Numbered from the stretch's first letter, positions 46,690 to 56,852 are shown. The stretch: 64,000 bases of DNA from Gammaproteobacteria bacterium (GCA_009845905.1 VXYS01000004.1:460548-524547); one strand, 5' to 3'. Notes: generated from the sequence alone by a model not told the origin. Program-made: numbers and translations.

Positions 46690-47952
46690 ATGTTGCGGCC
46701 CGACGCTAATGCCGCCGCCGTAGGCAACGCCGTGGACCAGGACCGCCTCTGGGACCTGCTGATGCGCCTGGCCGAGATCGGGGCGCTCGAGAACGGCGGC
46801 GTCAATCGGCAGGCCCTGACGGAACTCGATACCGAAGCGAAAAATTTCGTCATTGAATGGGCCCGGGCGCGCGGCTTTTCCGCCTTTCAGGACGATGCAG
46901 CCAACCTGTTCGTTCGCATGCAGGGCGCCGCCGCGTCGCAGGACCCCCTTATCGTCGGCTCTCACCTGGACAGCCAGCCCACCGGCGGCAAGTTCGACGG
47001 GGCGTTCGGAGTGGTGGCGGGCCTCGAGGTGCTGGAATCGATCCGTCAACAGGGGCTGACACCAGAAAGACCGATCGAGGTCGCCGCCTGGACCAACGAA
47101 GAGGCCAGCCGGTTCCTGCCCGGAGCTACCGGCTCCAGCGCTTTTGCCGGCACCCGCGAACTGAGCGCGGTGCTTGACAACCGGACTGTCGACGGCGCCC
47201 GGGTGGGCGATGAACTGGCCGCCTCCATCGCGGCGACCCGGGCCGAACTGCGTCCGATCCACTCGGTGCGCCCGTGCGCGTCGCTTGAGATTCATATCGA
47301 GCAGGGCCCTGTCCTCGAACAGGCGGGCCTGCCCGTTGGCATCGTGAAAGGCATCCAGGGCGTGAGGAGGATACAGGTCGAGATACTCGGGGAAACGGCC
47401 CATGCCGGCACCACCCCCCATGCGCTGCGCAAGGACGCCCTGGATGGCGCCGCCCGGATCATGGTGAGCTTGCGGTCGCTGACGCAAGACGACGATGACA
47501 TCCTGCGACTGACCTTCGGCAGGATCGACAGCTTTCCGAACTCGCCGGGCACCGTAACCGACAAGGTGCGCCTGACCATCGACCTGCGGCACCCCGAAAA
47601 GGCGGTAATGGACAAGGTGGAGGGATTGATCCAGGAAGTCGCCACGGCCCAGGCGCATCCCTGCCTTGCGGAAGTGAGAGTACTCTCGACAGTGGATCCG
47701 ATAGCCTTCGATCCTTCAATCATCGGCCTGCTGGAGAACTGCGCAAACATGATGAACGCTTCCGGCCCGCTGATGCTCTCCGGCGCCGGCCACGACTCGC
47801 TGCACCTCGGCAGGATCTGCCCCACCGGAATGGTATTCGTCGCCTGCGAGGGCGGAATCAGCCACCACGAGGCCGAGAACGCAAAGCCGTTCGACCTGGC
47901 CCTGGGCACCCGCGTGCTGGCGGCAGCCGCATGGACACTGGCCAATCGCTGA
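46690..47952 (+). CDS. M20 family amidohydrolase (allantoate amidohydrolase / N-carbamoyl-L-amino-acid hydrolase-like)
   Basis: From ATG 46690. The signature GSHLDSQPTGGKFDGAFGV is typical of the AmaB/AllC group. Also WTNEEASRF. Confidence 0.82.
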   Translation: MLRPDANAAAVGNAVDQDRLWDLLMRLAEIGALENGGVNRQALTELDTEAKNFVIEWARARGFSAFQDDAANLFVRMQGAAASQDPLIVGSHLDSQPTGGKFDGAFGVVAGLEVLESIRQQGLTPERPIEVAAWTNEEASRFLPGATGSSAFAGTRELSAVLDNRTVDGARVGDELAASIAATRAELRPIHSVRPCASLEIHIEQGPVLEQAGLPVGIVKGIQGVRRIQVEILGETAHAGTTPHALRKDALDGAARIMVSLRSLTQDDDDILRLTFGRIDSFPNSPGTVTDKVRLTIDLRHPEKAVMDKVEGLIQEVATAQAHPCLAEVRVLSTVDPIAFDPSIIGLLENCANMMNASGPLMLSGAGHDSLHLGRICPTGMVFVACEGGISHHEAENAKPFDLALGTRVLAAAAWTLANR

Positions 47953-48068
47953 TTTCCGGGCTTATTTACCTCAGTAACGAACTCGCTTAGCGAAGAATTC
48001 TCTAAATCCCAATAAACTCCCCAAATCCGAACAAATACCTGAATGGCTCCTTGTTGTATAGTTCCAAT

Positions 48069-48260
48069 ATGAACAAAGAAATGATCACAATTGTCAGCAC
48101 CGGGCTCGGGGTAACTGTGACACTTCTTATTGCAATCTGGATGACTTGGGCAGATACCAACCAAAGACTGGTATCTGTTGAGACCCGCTTAGCGAGAGTT
48201 GAGGGCCTCCTGATTGCTCGCGGCGAAATGCCGCCGCCTGTGTCTGAAAACGCGGGTTAA
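48069..48260 (+). CDS. small hypothetical membrane protein (63 aa)
   Basis: MNKEMITIVSTGLGVTVTLLIAIWMTW (one TM segment) followed by an amphipathic RLVSVETRLARVEGLL. Lies in a locally AT-rich intergenic islet. No homology recognised. Confidence 0.3.
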   Translation: MNKEMITIVSTGLGVTVTLLIAIWMTWADTNQRLVSVETRLARVEGLLIARGEMPPPVSENAG

Positions 48261-48325
48261 CAAATCCAACCAAGACCAGGGCGTGTTAACGCTATGCGGC
48301 GCAGGTAGCCCACGCCGATACCCTT

Positions 48326-50572
48326 TCAGACGACGCTGAACTTTTCCTTGAGGCAAATGTCTTCGCTCGACGCGCCGACCTGAATCTCGTACGCACCGGC
48401 CTCGACCACCCGGTTAAGCGAGCGGTCGTGAAAGGCCAGCTCCCGGATTGGCAACCGGAACTTGACCGTAGTTTCCTCGCCGGCCTTCAGGTGCAAGCGG
48501 GCAAATCGCTTCAGTTCCTTAACCGGCCGTACGACGCTGGCGATTTCATCACGCACGTATAGCTGCGCCACTTCATCGCCATCGCGCATTCCGGCATTGC
48601 GCACCTCGAAGGCTATGCCGAGAGTTTCGTCGCGGCCGATCCGCTCCGCGCTCAGCCGCAGTCCACCGTAAACGAACTGCGTGTAACTCAGGCCATGCCC
48701 GAAGGGATAAAGCGGGCGGTTGGAACCGAAGATGTAGTCCCATTTGGAAGAAGCGGGGTGGCGGTTGTAGTGCACCGGGACCTGGCCCGTTTCGCGAGGC
48801 AGGGTGACCGGCAGTCGGCCCGCGGGATTGAGCGCGCCGAACAGCGCCCGGGCAATCGGCCCTCCCCCCTGCTTCCCGGGCAGCCAGCACCAGAGTATGG
48901 CCGCCGCATGCCTTTCGACATTTCCCAGCGCCAGCGGGCGGCCGTCCACAATCACCAGCACCACGGGTTTACCGGTAGCGGCAAGTTCACGGACGAGTTG
49001 CTCCTGCACCCCGGGAAGGCCCAACTCCGCGCGGTCCCGCCCTTCCCCGGAGGTATCGCCATGCTCCGAATAACCGCGCAATACGGGTTCGCTTCCCGAA
49101 CGCCCGCCCACGGCCAGAACAACGGCATCGGAGCGCTCTGCGGCGCGTACGGCCGGCTCTATCCCGCTTGAGTCCTCGCCCCCGATGTCGCAACCCGGGG
49201 AGAAATTCAGCCTTATGCCAGGTCCGGCAACGTCCTCGAGACCCTTGAGAATGCTGGTCCCTTCGGACAGCCCCACCGGAACGCCATAGGCCGCTTCGAA
49301 GGCGTAGTCGCCCAGCAGATTGCGCACGCTGTGGGCATTCGGTCCGATAACGGCCAGCGAGGCCAGCTTCCCGCCCAATGGCAGCACCCCATCGTTCTTC
49401 AGCAATACCAGGGATTCGCCGGCTGCCCGCGCGGACAGCGAGCGATGGCTTGCGCTGTCGATGACCGACAGGTCCACTGACGGTTGCCGGGAGGGGGCAG
49501 CATCCAGCAAGCCCAGCCGTTCCTTCGCGGCAAGCACGCGCATTGCGGCGCGATCGATCAATTCCACGCTTACCCGGCCCGACTTCACCGCGGACGCAAG
49601 CGGTTCCCCGAAACAGTCGGCCGCAGGCAGCTCCACATCGATTCCGGCCTCCAGCGCCTGGCGCGCCGCCTCGGCCTTGTCCACGGCCGTGAAATGCATG
49701 CGCCGCAGCTGGTCCACGGCCTCGTAGTCCGAAACGACGATTCCGCCGAATCCCCACTCCTCACGCAGTATCGACGTCAGAAGCTCGGCGGAACCCGCGC
49801 AGGGGATGCCGTCGATGTCGTGGTAGGCGTTCATCACCGAAAGCACTTCCGTTTCCTTCACGACCCTTTCGAAGGGAACCATGAAACAGTCCCGTAGCTC
49901 GCGGGGCCCGGCGGACACGGGCGCCTCGTTGCGGCCGCCCTCCGACGAGCCGTGGGCCACGAAATGCTTCAGCGTGGCGCCGATGCCGGTGCGCAGGTCG
50001 TCGCCCTGCAAGCCCCGAACGGCAGCCAGTCCCATGCAAGCGGCCAGATACGGGTCCTCGCCGAAAGTCTCTTCGCAGCGGCCCCATCGCGGGTCGCGTA
50101 CCAGGTCGAGCACCGGTCCGAGGGCCTGGTGCGTTCCCACGGCCCGCATTTCCTTGCGGATGGCCGCGCCGATTCGCTCCACCAGGTCCGGATTCCAGGC
50201 GCTTGCCAGGCCTATGGCCTGAGGGAAGGACGTGGTCCCCCGCGCCTGAAAGCCGCACAGGCACTCCTCGTGAAGAATTGCCGGCACACCCAGCCGCGTG
50301 TTGTGCCGGAGATAGTCCTGTATCGCATCGGCGACGGCGGCGGCCTCACGGACCGGCAGTCCGCTGACTCCGGCCACGCGCGAAACCTGTCCGATGCCTT
50401 CGGCAAGGTGCTGGCCGGCTTTTTCTTCCGAGAACCTTCCGTCCTCAAGAAGGTCCGTTACCCAAACCGCGCACAACTGGGCGATCTTCTCCGCAAGGGT
50501 CATGCGTGCCAGCAATTCGGCACACCGAGCCGATTCGGCTGTCGACGGTGGTGTTCGGTCCCGGCCGCTCAT
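48326..50572 (-). CDS. glycoside hydrolase family 3 (beta-glucosidase/beta-xylosidase-like)
   Basis: 748 aa with DPRWGRCEETFGEDPYL, KHFVAHG and GIVVSDYEAV (nucleophile Asp region). C-terminal fibronectin-like domain. Confidence 0.9.
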   Translation of the reverse strand: MSGRDRTPPSTAESARCAELLARMTLAEKIAQLCAVWVTDLLEDGRFSEEKAGQHLAEGIGQVSRVAGVSGLPVREAAAVADAIQDYLRHNTRLGVPAILHEECLCGFQARGTTSFPQAIGLASAWNPDLVERIGAAIRKEMRAVGTHQALGPVLDLVRDPRWGRCEETFGEDPYLAACMGLAAVRGLQGDDLRTGIGATLKHFVAHGSSEGGRNEAPVSAGPRELRDCFMVPFERVVKETEVLSVMNAYHDIDGIPCAGSAELLTSILREEWGFGGIVVSDYEAVDQLRRMHFTAVDKAEAARQALEAGIDVELPAADCFGEPLASAVKSGRVSVELIDRAAMRVLAAKERLGLLDAAPSRQPSVDLSVIDSASHRSLSARAAGESLVLLKNDGVLPLGGKLASLAVIGPNAHSVRNLLGDYAFEAAYGVPVGLSEGTSILKGLEDVAGPGIRLNFSPGCDIGGEDSSGIEPAVRAAERSDAVVLAVGGRSGSEPVLRGYSEHGDTSGEGRDRAELGLPGVQEQLVRELAATGKPVVLVIVDGRPLALGNVERHAAAILWCWLPGKQGGGPIARALFGALNPAGRLPVTLPRETGQVPVHYNRHPASSKWDYIFGSNRPLYPFGHGLSYTQFVYGGLRLSAERIGRDETLGIAFEVRNAGMRDGDEVAQLYVRDEIASVVRPVKELKRFARLHLKAGEETTVKFRLPIRELAFHDRSLNRVVEAGAYEIQVGASSEDICLKEKFSVV

Positions 50573-51618
50573 GGCCGGCGCCCGCCGGCAACGCCGAACC
50601 GGTAGACGATTTCCGAACGATAGGGCTCGCCGGGTTCCAGGACACAGTTCGGAAAACCCGCGCGGTTCGGCGCCGCGGGAAAGTTCTGCGCTTCCAGACA
50701 GAAACCGTGGTGCCGTTCGATTGCAATGCCTTGCTTGCCTATTCCCGCGTCATCCAGGTGATTGCCGGTGTAGAAATGCACCCCCGGCTGGTTAGAAAAC
50801 AGTTGCATTGTCCTGCCTGACTTGGGTTCCGTAACCATCGCCACTGCGTTGAGCGTGCCCGCATCATGCGAATCCACGGCGAAATTGTGGTCGAATCCCG
50901 ACCCGAACCTCAGTTGCTCGTCGTCCTGAAACATAGCCTCTCCGATACGCCGCGCACTGCGAAAGTCCATGGGCGTGCTCCGAACGCTGCGGAATTCGCC
51001 GGTAGGAATCAGTTGCTCGTCAACCGGGGTGAAACGGCTGGCGCGCAATTCAAGTCGGTGATCGGTGATCGGCCCTGCGTGCACGCCGGCCAGATTGAAG
51101 TACATGTGGCTGCTCAGGTTTACGACGGTGGTCTTGTCCGAGACCGCGGTCAGTTCGATGACCAGCGCGGTATCTTCTTCGATCGCATACTTTGCCTGAA
51201 TCTCCAGGGTCCCCGGAAAACCGCCCTCCCCGTCCGCCGAAACGCGGGACAGAACAAGACTGTGTTTGTCGTGATCCACAATATTCCAGACCCGGCCATG
51301 AAAGCCCGGGCTGCCTCCATGCAGGCAATGACGGCCTTCGTTCGGATCCAGCTCGTAGCTGACTCCCCTGAGTTCGAACCGCGAATTTTCTATGCGATTC
51401 GAGTATCGCCCGATCAGGGCGCCCAGGTAGTGCTCCGGATTGGACAGGTACCCCTCCAGATTTGCATAACCAAGGACAACGTCCGCAATGGCGCCTTGCC
51501 GATCAGGCGCCATCAACGCCACGACCCGGCCCCCGAAGTTGGTGATCGCGGCCCGAATTCCGTGTCGGTCTCCAATTTCGAACAGCGCCACCCCGCCATC
51601 GTGCGCTCGTCTTGTCAT
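50569..51618 (-). CDS. galM: aldose 1-epimerase (galactose mutarotase family)
   Basis: 349 aa with RYSNRIENSRF, HCLHGG, GFPG and FCLEAQNFP motifs. Confidence 0.88.
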   Translation of the reverse strand: MTRRAHDGGVALFEIGDRHGIRAAITNFGGRVVALMAPDRQGAIADVVLGYANLEGYLSNPEHYLGALIGRYSNRIENSRFELRGVSYELDPNEGRHCLHGGSPGFHGRVWNIVDHDKHSLVLSRVSADGEGGFPGTLEIQAKYAIEEDTALVIELTAVSDKTTVVNLSSHMYFNLAGVHAGPITDHRLELRASRFTPVDEQLIPTGEFRSVRSTPMDFRSARRIGEAMFQDDEQLRFGSGFDHNFAVDSHDAGTLNAVAMVTEPKSGRTMQLFSNQPGVHFYTGNHLDDAGIGKQGIAIERHHGFCLEAQNFPAAPNRAGFPNCVLEPGEPYRSEIVYRFGVAGGRRP

Positions 51619-51713
51619 GAGCGAGCTACTTTACTGGACACTGCTACCATGACGGATATGAAGTCCGGAAACTTCCGCGGCGGTAACGCGGCGCAGGCCG
51701 CAGGACTGCCGGC

Positions 51714-53006
51714 TTGATCCGTAAACCCTGGATCGCCATCGTTTTCTGCGCCCTGGTCGCGGTTGCGGGATGGTCGAGCCTCAACCTCGACAAGCGTTCG
51801 CCGAATGCGGATGGCGCCACCACGGTCCACTGGGTGTTCGCCGAGCGAAACCCCAGGATCATCGCCTTCTACGATGAGGTCATCGCTGATTTCGAGGCCA
51901 GCAATCCGGGCGTGGAGGTCAAATACCGTTATCTCGCCCGGATGAGCCAGCGGCTGCCAACCCTGATCGCATCGCCCACCAAGCCGGACATCCTGTTCAC
52001 TCAGGGCGCCGGCCTCCTGCGGCAGCTCTACGATATCGGGGCGGTTCGCGACTTGAGCGCCGAGATGCTGCGCGACGGTTGGTCCGACAGCTTCGTGCCC
52101 GCCGCGCTGGACAACTTCACCTACGACGGCGCCATCATCGGCGTGCCGCACCACATCACCAAGGTGGACTTCTATTACAACAAGGACCTGTTCCGGCAAG
52201 CGGGAATCGACGCCGGTTCGGTGGAAACATGGGACGATTTTCTCCAGGCGGTTGCCGCCCTGCGGGCGTTCGGCGTGACACCGATCGCGGCGGGTCCGGC
52301 GGACCCCTGGACCGTGGGGTCGTATTTCGGACTGGCCGCCACGCGCGTATGCGGGAAAGAGGCGTTTCGGCACGCAATGCAGGGCCGGGGCCAGGGTTTT
52401 CTGATGCCCTGCATGATCGAGGCCGCGGGAATGGTCAGGCAGCTGGCGGAGGTGGATTCCTTTCAGCAGGGATTCGCGGCATCCAAGTATCCCAAGGCGA
52501 CCGGCCTGTTCGGGGACGGCAGGGCCGCAATGGTTATGGCCTACAGCGCCACCACGCCGAGCGAACAGCAAAAGAACGCCTCTGACGGCATCGGTCTTGC
52601 AACCGGGACGATCGGTTTCTTTTCCATGCCTGTAGTGCCCGGCACGCCCGGCAGCAGAACGGACATCTATGGTGCGGTAGGCGGCTGGGCGCTCACCACG
52701 GGGTCGTCCGATGCAGCCCTTGAATTCCTGAGGTTCCTCACGAACCGGTCCAACCAGCAGAGGCTCGCCGAACTCGGCCTGAATATTCCGGTGCATGTGG
52801 CCGCGGGAAGCAGTGTCACCGATCCGATGTTGCGGGCCGCTGCAAACGAAGTCAGCCAATCGGGATGGTTTCAGACGTTTATCGAAAACGCCATGCCGGC
52901 GGCGGTCGGTCAGACCATGCACGATGTAACGGTTGACCTGCTCAACAGCCGCATTGAACCCGAAGAGGCGATGAGAAGACTGCAGGCGGTTGCGGAACTG
53001 GGATAG
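51714..53006 (+). CDS. ABC transporter substrate-binding protein (carbohydrate, family 1)
   Basis: 430 aa with a signal/anchor sequence (TTG start), plus size and sequence style of sugar-binding proteins (VHWVFAE..., FYYNKDLF). Confidence 0.8.
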   Translation: MIRKPWIAIVFCALVAVAGWSSLNLDKRSPNADGATTVHWVFAERNPRIIAFYDEVIADFEASNPGVEVKYRYLARMSQRLPTLIASPTKPDILFTQGAGLLRQLYDIGAVRDLSAEMLRDGWSDSFVPAALDNFTYDGAIIGVPHHITKVDFYYNKDLFRQAGIDAGSVETWDDFLQAVAALRAFGVTPIAAGPADPWTVGSYFGLAATRVCGKEAFRHAMQGRGQGFLMPCMIEAAGMVRQLAEVDSFQQGFAASKYPKATGLFGDGRAAMVMAYSATTPSEQQKNASDGIGLATGTIGFFSMPVVPGTPGSRTDIYGAVGGWALTTGSSDAALEFLRFLTNRSNQQRLAELGLNIPVHVAAGSSVTDPMLRAAANEVSQSGWFQTFIENAMPAAVGQTMHDVTVDLLNSRIEPEEAMRRLQAVAELG

Positions 53007-53017
53007 CCTGGGGCCTG

Positions 53018-54238
53018 TTAACATGGCGCAAGTGCGGCCGTCGCCGCCGCAATACGGCGGCAGCCTTCCACGAGGTCTTCCTCCGCGTAGGCGTAGGACA
53101 GGCGGAAGTGACCTCCCAGCCCAAAGGTGTTGCCGGGGACGATGGCTACCCTGGCGGAATCGAGTATGTAGCCGCAGTAGTCCGAATCGTCGGCAATGGT
53201 CGTCCTGTCCGGCGCTCTCAGCCCGTACGTCGCCCGGCAATCCGGAAATACGTAAAAGGCGCCGCCCGGTACGCGGCACGACACCGCTTCAATGGCGTTG
53301 ATCGCGCTCACCACCAGGTCCCGGCGGCGGCGAAAGGATTCACAACGCTCCCCGAGCAACTCCTGCGGGCCGGAGAGCGCCGCACAGGCCGCGATCTGGG
53401 ACACGACGGATGCGGGAGAAGTCGACTGGCCCTGCACTGCCACCATCGCGCGGATCAGCTCCACAGGCCCGATTCCCCATCCGATGCGCCACCCGATCAT
53501 GGCGTAGGATTTCGATACGCCGTTGACGATCAGCGTCCGGTCCGCCAAGTCCGGCGCCGCCACGCGGAACGAGCAGAAAGGCTCGTAGGAAATATGCTGG
53601 TAAATCTCGTCGGCCATCACCCAAACCTGCGCAAATTCCCGCAGGACTTCCGCGAGGGCTTCGAGTTCGGCGCGCGAGTACACCTTTCCCGACGGATTGC
53701 CCGGCGAGTTCAGCACCAGCCACCTCGTCTTCGGCGTAATGGCGCTGCGCAGGCGTCCCGGCGTGAGCGTCAGTTCCGCGCCGCAATCCACCCGCACCGC
53801 TTTCCCGCCCACCAGCCCGACAATGTCCGCGTAGTTTGTCCAGTACGGAGCCGGCAGGATGACCTCGTCGCCCGGATCCAGCGTTGCCAGAAACGCATTG
53901 AACAGGACCTGTTTTGCACCGGTGGAGACGATCACTTCCGCCGGGTCCGCCGAGAATCCGGTTTGCGCCCCGGCATCGTCGCAGATGGCCTGGCGCAGTT
54001 CAGGCAGCCCCTGTGTGGGCGGATAGCGGATAGCGCCCTGCCTCATGGCGGCGCAGGTCTGCTCGATTACATGCGGCGGCGTCGGAAAATCGGGCTCTCC
54101 GGTGCCGAAACTGAGCACGTCCTCGCCCGCGGCCCTCATGGCCCTGGCCTTCTCGGAAATGCGCACGATTTCCGAAAGCTCAAGCGAGCCTGCCCTCGCC
54201 GAGCGTCGAAACGTTGCTGAAGCCGCGCGCGCCATCAT
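53018..54238 (-). CDS. pyridoxal-phosphate-dependent aminotransferase, class I/II (aspartate aminotransferase-like)
   Basis: LNSPGNPSG and the PLP-lysine motif VSKSYAMIGWRIGW. Confidence 0.88.
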   Translation of the reverse strand: MMARAASATFRRSARAGSLELSEIVRISEKARAMRAAGEDVLSFGTGEPDFPTPPHVIEQTCAAMRQGAIRYPPTQGLPELRQAICDDAGAQTGFSADPAEVIVSTGAKQVLFNAFLATLDPGDEVILPAPYWTNYADIVGLVGGKAVRVDCGAELTLTPGRLRSAITPKTRWLVLNSPGNPSGKVYSRAELEALAEVLREFAQVWVMADEIYQHISYEPFCSFRVAAPDLADRTLIVNGVSKSYAMIGWRIGWGIGPVELIRAMVAVQGQSTSPASVVSQIAACAALSGPQELLGERCESFRRRRDLVVSAINAIEAVSCRVPGGAFYVFPDCRATYGLRAPDRTTIADDSDYCGYILDSARVAIVPGNTFGLGGHFRLSYAYAEEDLVEGCRRIAAATAALAPC

Positions 54239-55419
54239 TCGCCGCTACGGGTTGCGTTCGCTTCGCCACCGCCGAATTCCCGGCAAACCTTCTCGAACGC
54301 GCCGATTCGGGCTTCTCCGTCGCAATAGGACGTCACGATGCGGAACAGATTGCCCTTGGCGTCGGGCCAATCGCGCAAGTGAATGCTCTCGGACTTCAAT
54401 CGGCGCTGGAAATCTGCAGGCAGGCGGGGAAAAAGCTCGTTCGCCTGTACCGGATCGTTCAGTTCGACGCCCTTTACCGATGCCAGGGCCGCCGCCAGCC
54501 GCTCCGCGTTGGCGTTCGCGGCCCGCGCATTGGCGACCCACAAGCCGTCTTCCAGGTAGGCCAGCAACTGTGCCGACATGAAGCGCATCTTCGAGTGCAG
54601 GAAGCCGGCGCGCTTGTGTATGAACCGCGCCTTTTCCGCCAGTTCCGCGTCGAACAGCACGACCGCGTCCGCGTTCATCGTGCCGTTCTTGGTCGCCCCG
54701 AACGACACCGCATCCACACCCGCCTTCCAGGACATTTCCGCCGGCGTGGCATCCAGGCTCACCATGGCGTTGGCGAACCGCGCGCCATCCATGTGGACCT
54801 TCAATCCGGCCGCATGCGCCAGGCCGCTGATCGCCGCGATTTCCTCAAGCGCATATAGGGTGCCGCGTTCCGTGGCCTGCGTAAGGCTGACCGCCGCCGG
54901 CAGGAGCTGATGCACGGTACGCCGGGCGTGGCCATGCAGCGCGGACTCGAACGTGGATGCCGCCAGCTTGTTGTGCGGGCCCTCAAGCAACGCCAGCCGG
55001 GCCCCCAGTGTGAAGAACTCCGGGGCGCCGCATTCCGTGGTGACGATGTGCGCATTGCAGTGCGCGAAGATCAATCCGTGCGGCGGCGCCAACGCGCCCA
55101 GGGCGAGGCCGTTCGCCGCGGTACCGGTCGGTACCGGGAACACGAAACACGCGCGTTCGAATACGTCTGAAAACGCGGAATCGATGCGCCGCGTAAATCG
55201 TTCCATTCCGTACGGCGGCACGAAGCCCCGGTTGCAGGCGACCAGGGCCTCGAGGATCCGCGGGTGGACGCCGGCAGCATTGTCGGAATAGAAATCGAAC
55301 CCCTCCGAAGCGGAGGCGTCGTCCTGCTTGAGCAAGTCCGCGAGCACGTCAGGGCCTGTCAACACGATGCGCTGCCGCCCTGTTGCGTCGGTCTGCCGGC
55401 GCCGGGGAAGCGGCCTCAA
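54235..55419 (-). CDS. low-specificity L-threonine aldolase / beta-eliminating lyase family protein
   Basis: FYSDNAAGVHPRILEAL, PTGTAANGLAL and SFGATKNG (PLP lysine). The start may lie downstream of 55419. Confidence 0.8.
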   Translation of the reverse strand: MRPLPRRRQTDATGRQRIVLTGPDVLADLLKQDDASASEGFDFYSDNAAGVHPRILEALVACNRGFVPPYGMERFTRRIDSAFSDVFERACFVFPVPTGTAANGLALGALAPPHGLIFAHCNAHIVTTECGAPEFFTLGARLALLEGPHNKLAASTFESALHGHARRTVHQLLPAAVSLTQATERGTLYALEEIAAISGLAHAAGLKVHMDGARFANAMVSLDATPAEMSWKAGVDAVSFGATKNGTMNADAVVLFDAELAEKARFIHKRAGFLHSKMRFMSAQLLAYLEDGLWVANARAANANAERLAAALASVKGVELNDPVQANELFPRLPADFQRRLKSESIHLRDWPDAKGNLFRIVTSYCDGEARIGAFEKVCREFGGGEANATRSGE

Positions 55420-55745
55420 TCACAGTGAAATACCTCCTCCATGGCCGCCCACCACTCGCCTTCCGCGCGGGTTTCCAGCCCTTCCTGGCAGGGATCGGTG
55501 AGTTTCCACCAGCGCCGGGTTTCCTCGTCGCGGTCCATTCTGGCCATGTCCGCCTCGAAATCGTTCCCGTGATACTCGAAGTACCCGAACAGCAGGTTTT
55601 CCGGTTCGCGCAGGAAGATGCTGTAGTTGCGAATGTTGCATTGCCGGATCCTCTCCAGCACCCCGGGCCAGGCGTTGGCGTGAAGCGCCTTGTACTCGGC
55701 GATTTTCTCCGGCCGTATGCGGATGATCCATCCCATTCGCTGCAT
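55416..55745 (-). CDS. rhaM: L-rhamnose mutarotase family protein
   Basis: 109 aa: MQRMGWIIRIRPEKIAEYKALHANAWPGVLERIRQCNIRNYSIF...WWAAMEEVFH, a typical RhaM/YiiL pattern. Confidence 0.85.
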   Translation of the reverse strand: MQRMGWIIRIRPEKIAEYKALHANAWPGVLERIRQCNIRNYSIFLREPENLLFGYFEYHGNDFEADMARMDRDEETRRWWKLTDPCQEGLETRAEGEWWAAMEEVFHCD

Positions 55746-55757
55746 GCTCTGCTTCCT

Positions 55758-56852
55758 CTAGATCCTGTTGCCGGTGGCGGCGTCGAACAGGTGGATCCGC
55801 CGCGGCGCCACATGGATCCGATCGCCGCGCCTGAACCTTGCGGAGCTTCGCGTCATTGACGATCCGGCAGTCCCGGGCAGCGGGTCCCGATAGCTCGCGT
55901 TGAACGTTTGTCCGCCGAACCGCAGATCGAGGAAGACCTCGGCCCCGGTGATTTCGGCGCCCGCCACCGTGGCGCCGATCCCTTCGCCGCCATCGTCCAC
56001 GAACTCGAAATGCTTCGGCCGGATACCCAGCGTGACCTCCCGGCCGCTGTGCCGACCGGCCCAGGCCGGAAGCGGGATCCTGCCGTTGGCGCCGGACACG
56101 AAGCAGTTACCGTCGATTCGGCCTTCGAATATATTCATTCCCTGCGTGCCGATGAATTGGGCGACGAACAGGTTGGCGGGCCGGTCATAGAGTTCCATCG
56201 GCTCCCCGATCTGCTCCGTGCGGCCTTCGTTGAGCACCAGGATCCGGTCGGCCATAGTCATGGCTTCCAGTTGATCATGCGTTACGTAAACCGTCGTGTT
56301 GCCGATCTCGCGGTGCAGCTCGCGCAATTCCGTCCTCATCTGACCGCGCAACTTGGCGTCCAGATTGGAAAGCGGCTCGTCGAACAGAAAGATCGCCGGG
56401 TTGCGCACGATCGCCCGGCCCATGGCCACCCGTTGGCACTGCCCTCCGGACAATTGACGCGGCAACCGGTCGAGGTAATCGGAGAGGCCGAGCAGTTCGG
56501 CGGCGCGCCCCACTTTCTCGTCGATCTCCTGCTGGCCGGCCCGCCTCATCCTGAGCGAAAAGGCCATGTTTTCCGCCACGCTGAGGTGCGGGTACAGCGC
56601 GTACGACTGGAATACCATCGCGACGTCCCGCTCCTTGGGCGGAACATCGTTGACGACCCGGTCATTGATGCTGATTTCGCCGCTGGTTACCGGTTCCAGC
56701 CCGGCAATCATCCGCAGCAGTGTGGACTTGCCGCAACCGGACGGTCCCACAAGCACCAGAAAGGTGCCCCTGGGCACCGACACGGTTACGTCCCGGATGA
56801 CTTCAACTTCATCATAGGACTTGCAGACGTTCTTCAGCGTCAGACTGGCCAA
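55758..56852 (-). CDS. ABC transporter ATP-binding protein, sugar type (MalK/UgpC-like)
   Basis: TTG 56852 is preceded by GAGAGAGGGA. Contains LKNVCKSY, Walker A GPSGCGKST, LSGGQCQRV and FLFDEPLSNLD. The upstream 35 codons of the track ORF are rejected. Confidence 0.9.
   Translation of the reverse strand: MASLTLKNVCKSYDEVEVIRDVTVSVPRGTFLVLVGPSGCGKSTLLRMIAGLEPVTSGEISINDRVVNDVPPKERDVAMVFQSYALYPHLSVAENMAFSLRMRRAGQQEIDEKVGRAAELLGLSDYLDRLPRQLSGGQCQRVAMGRAIVRNPAIFLFDEPLSNLDAKLRGQMRTELRELHREIGNTTVYVTHDQLEAMTMADRILVLNEGRTEQIGEPMELYDRPANLFVAQFIGTQGMNIFEGRIDGNCFVSGANGRIPLPAWAGRHSGREVTLGIRPKHFEFVDDGGEGIGATVAGAEITGAEVFLDLRFGGQTFNASYRDPLPGTAGSSMTRSSARFRRGDRIHVAPRRIHLFDAATGNRI

Noticed and set aside
51615-53279. 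554-aa minus-strand ORF
   Set aside because: Antisense to the sugar-binding protein gene. Arg/Gly/Pro-rich with no motifs.
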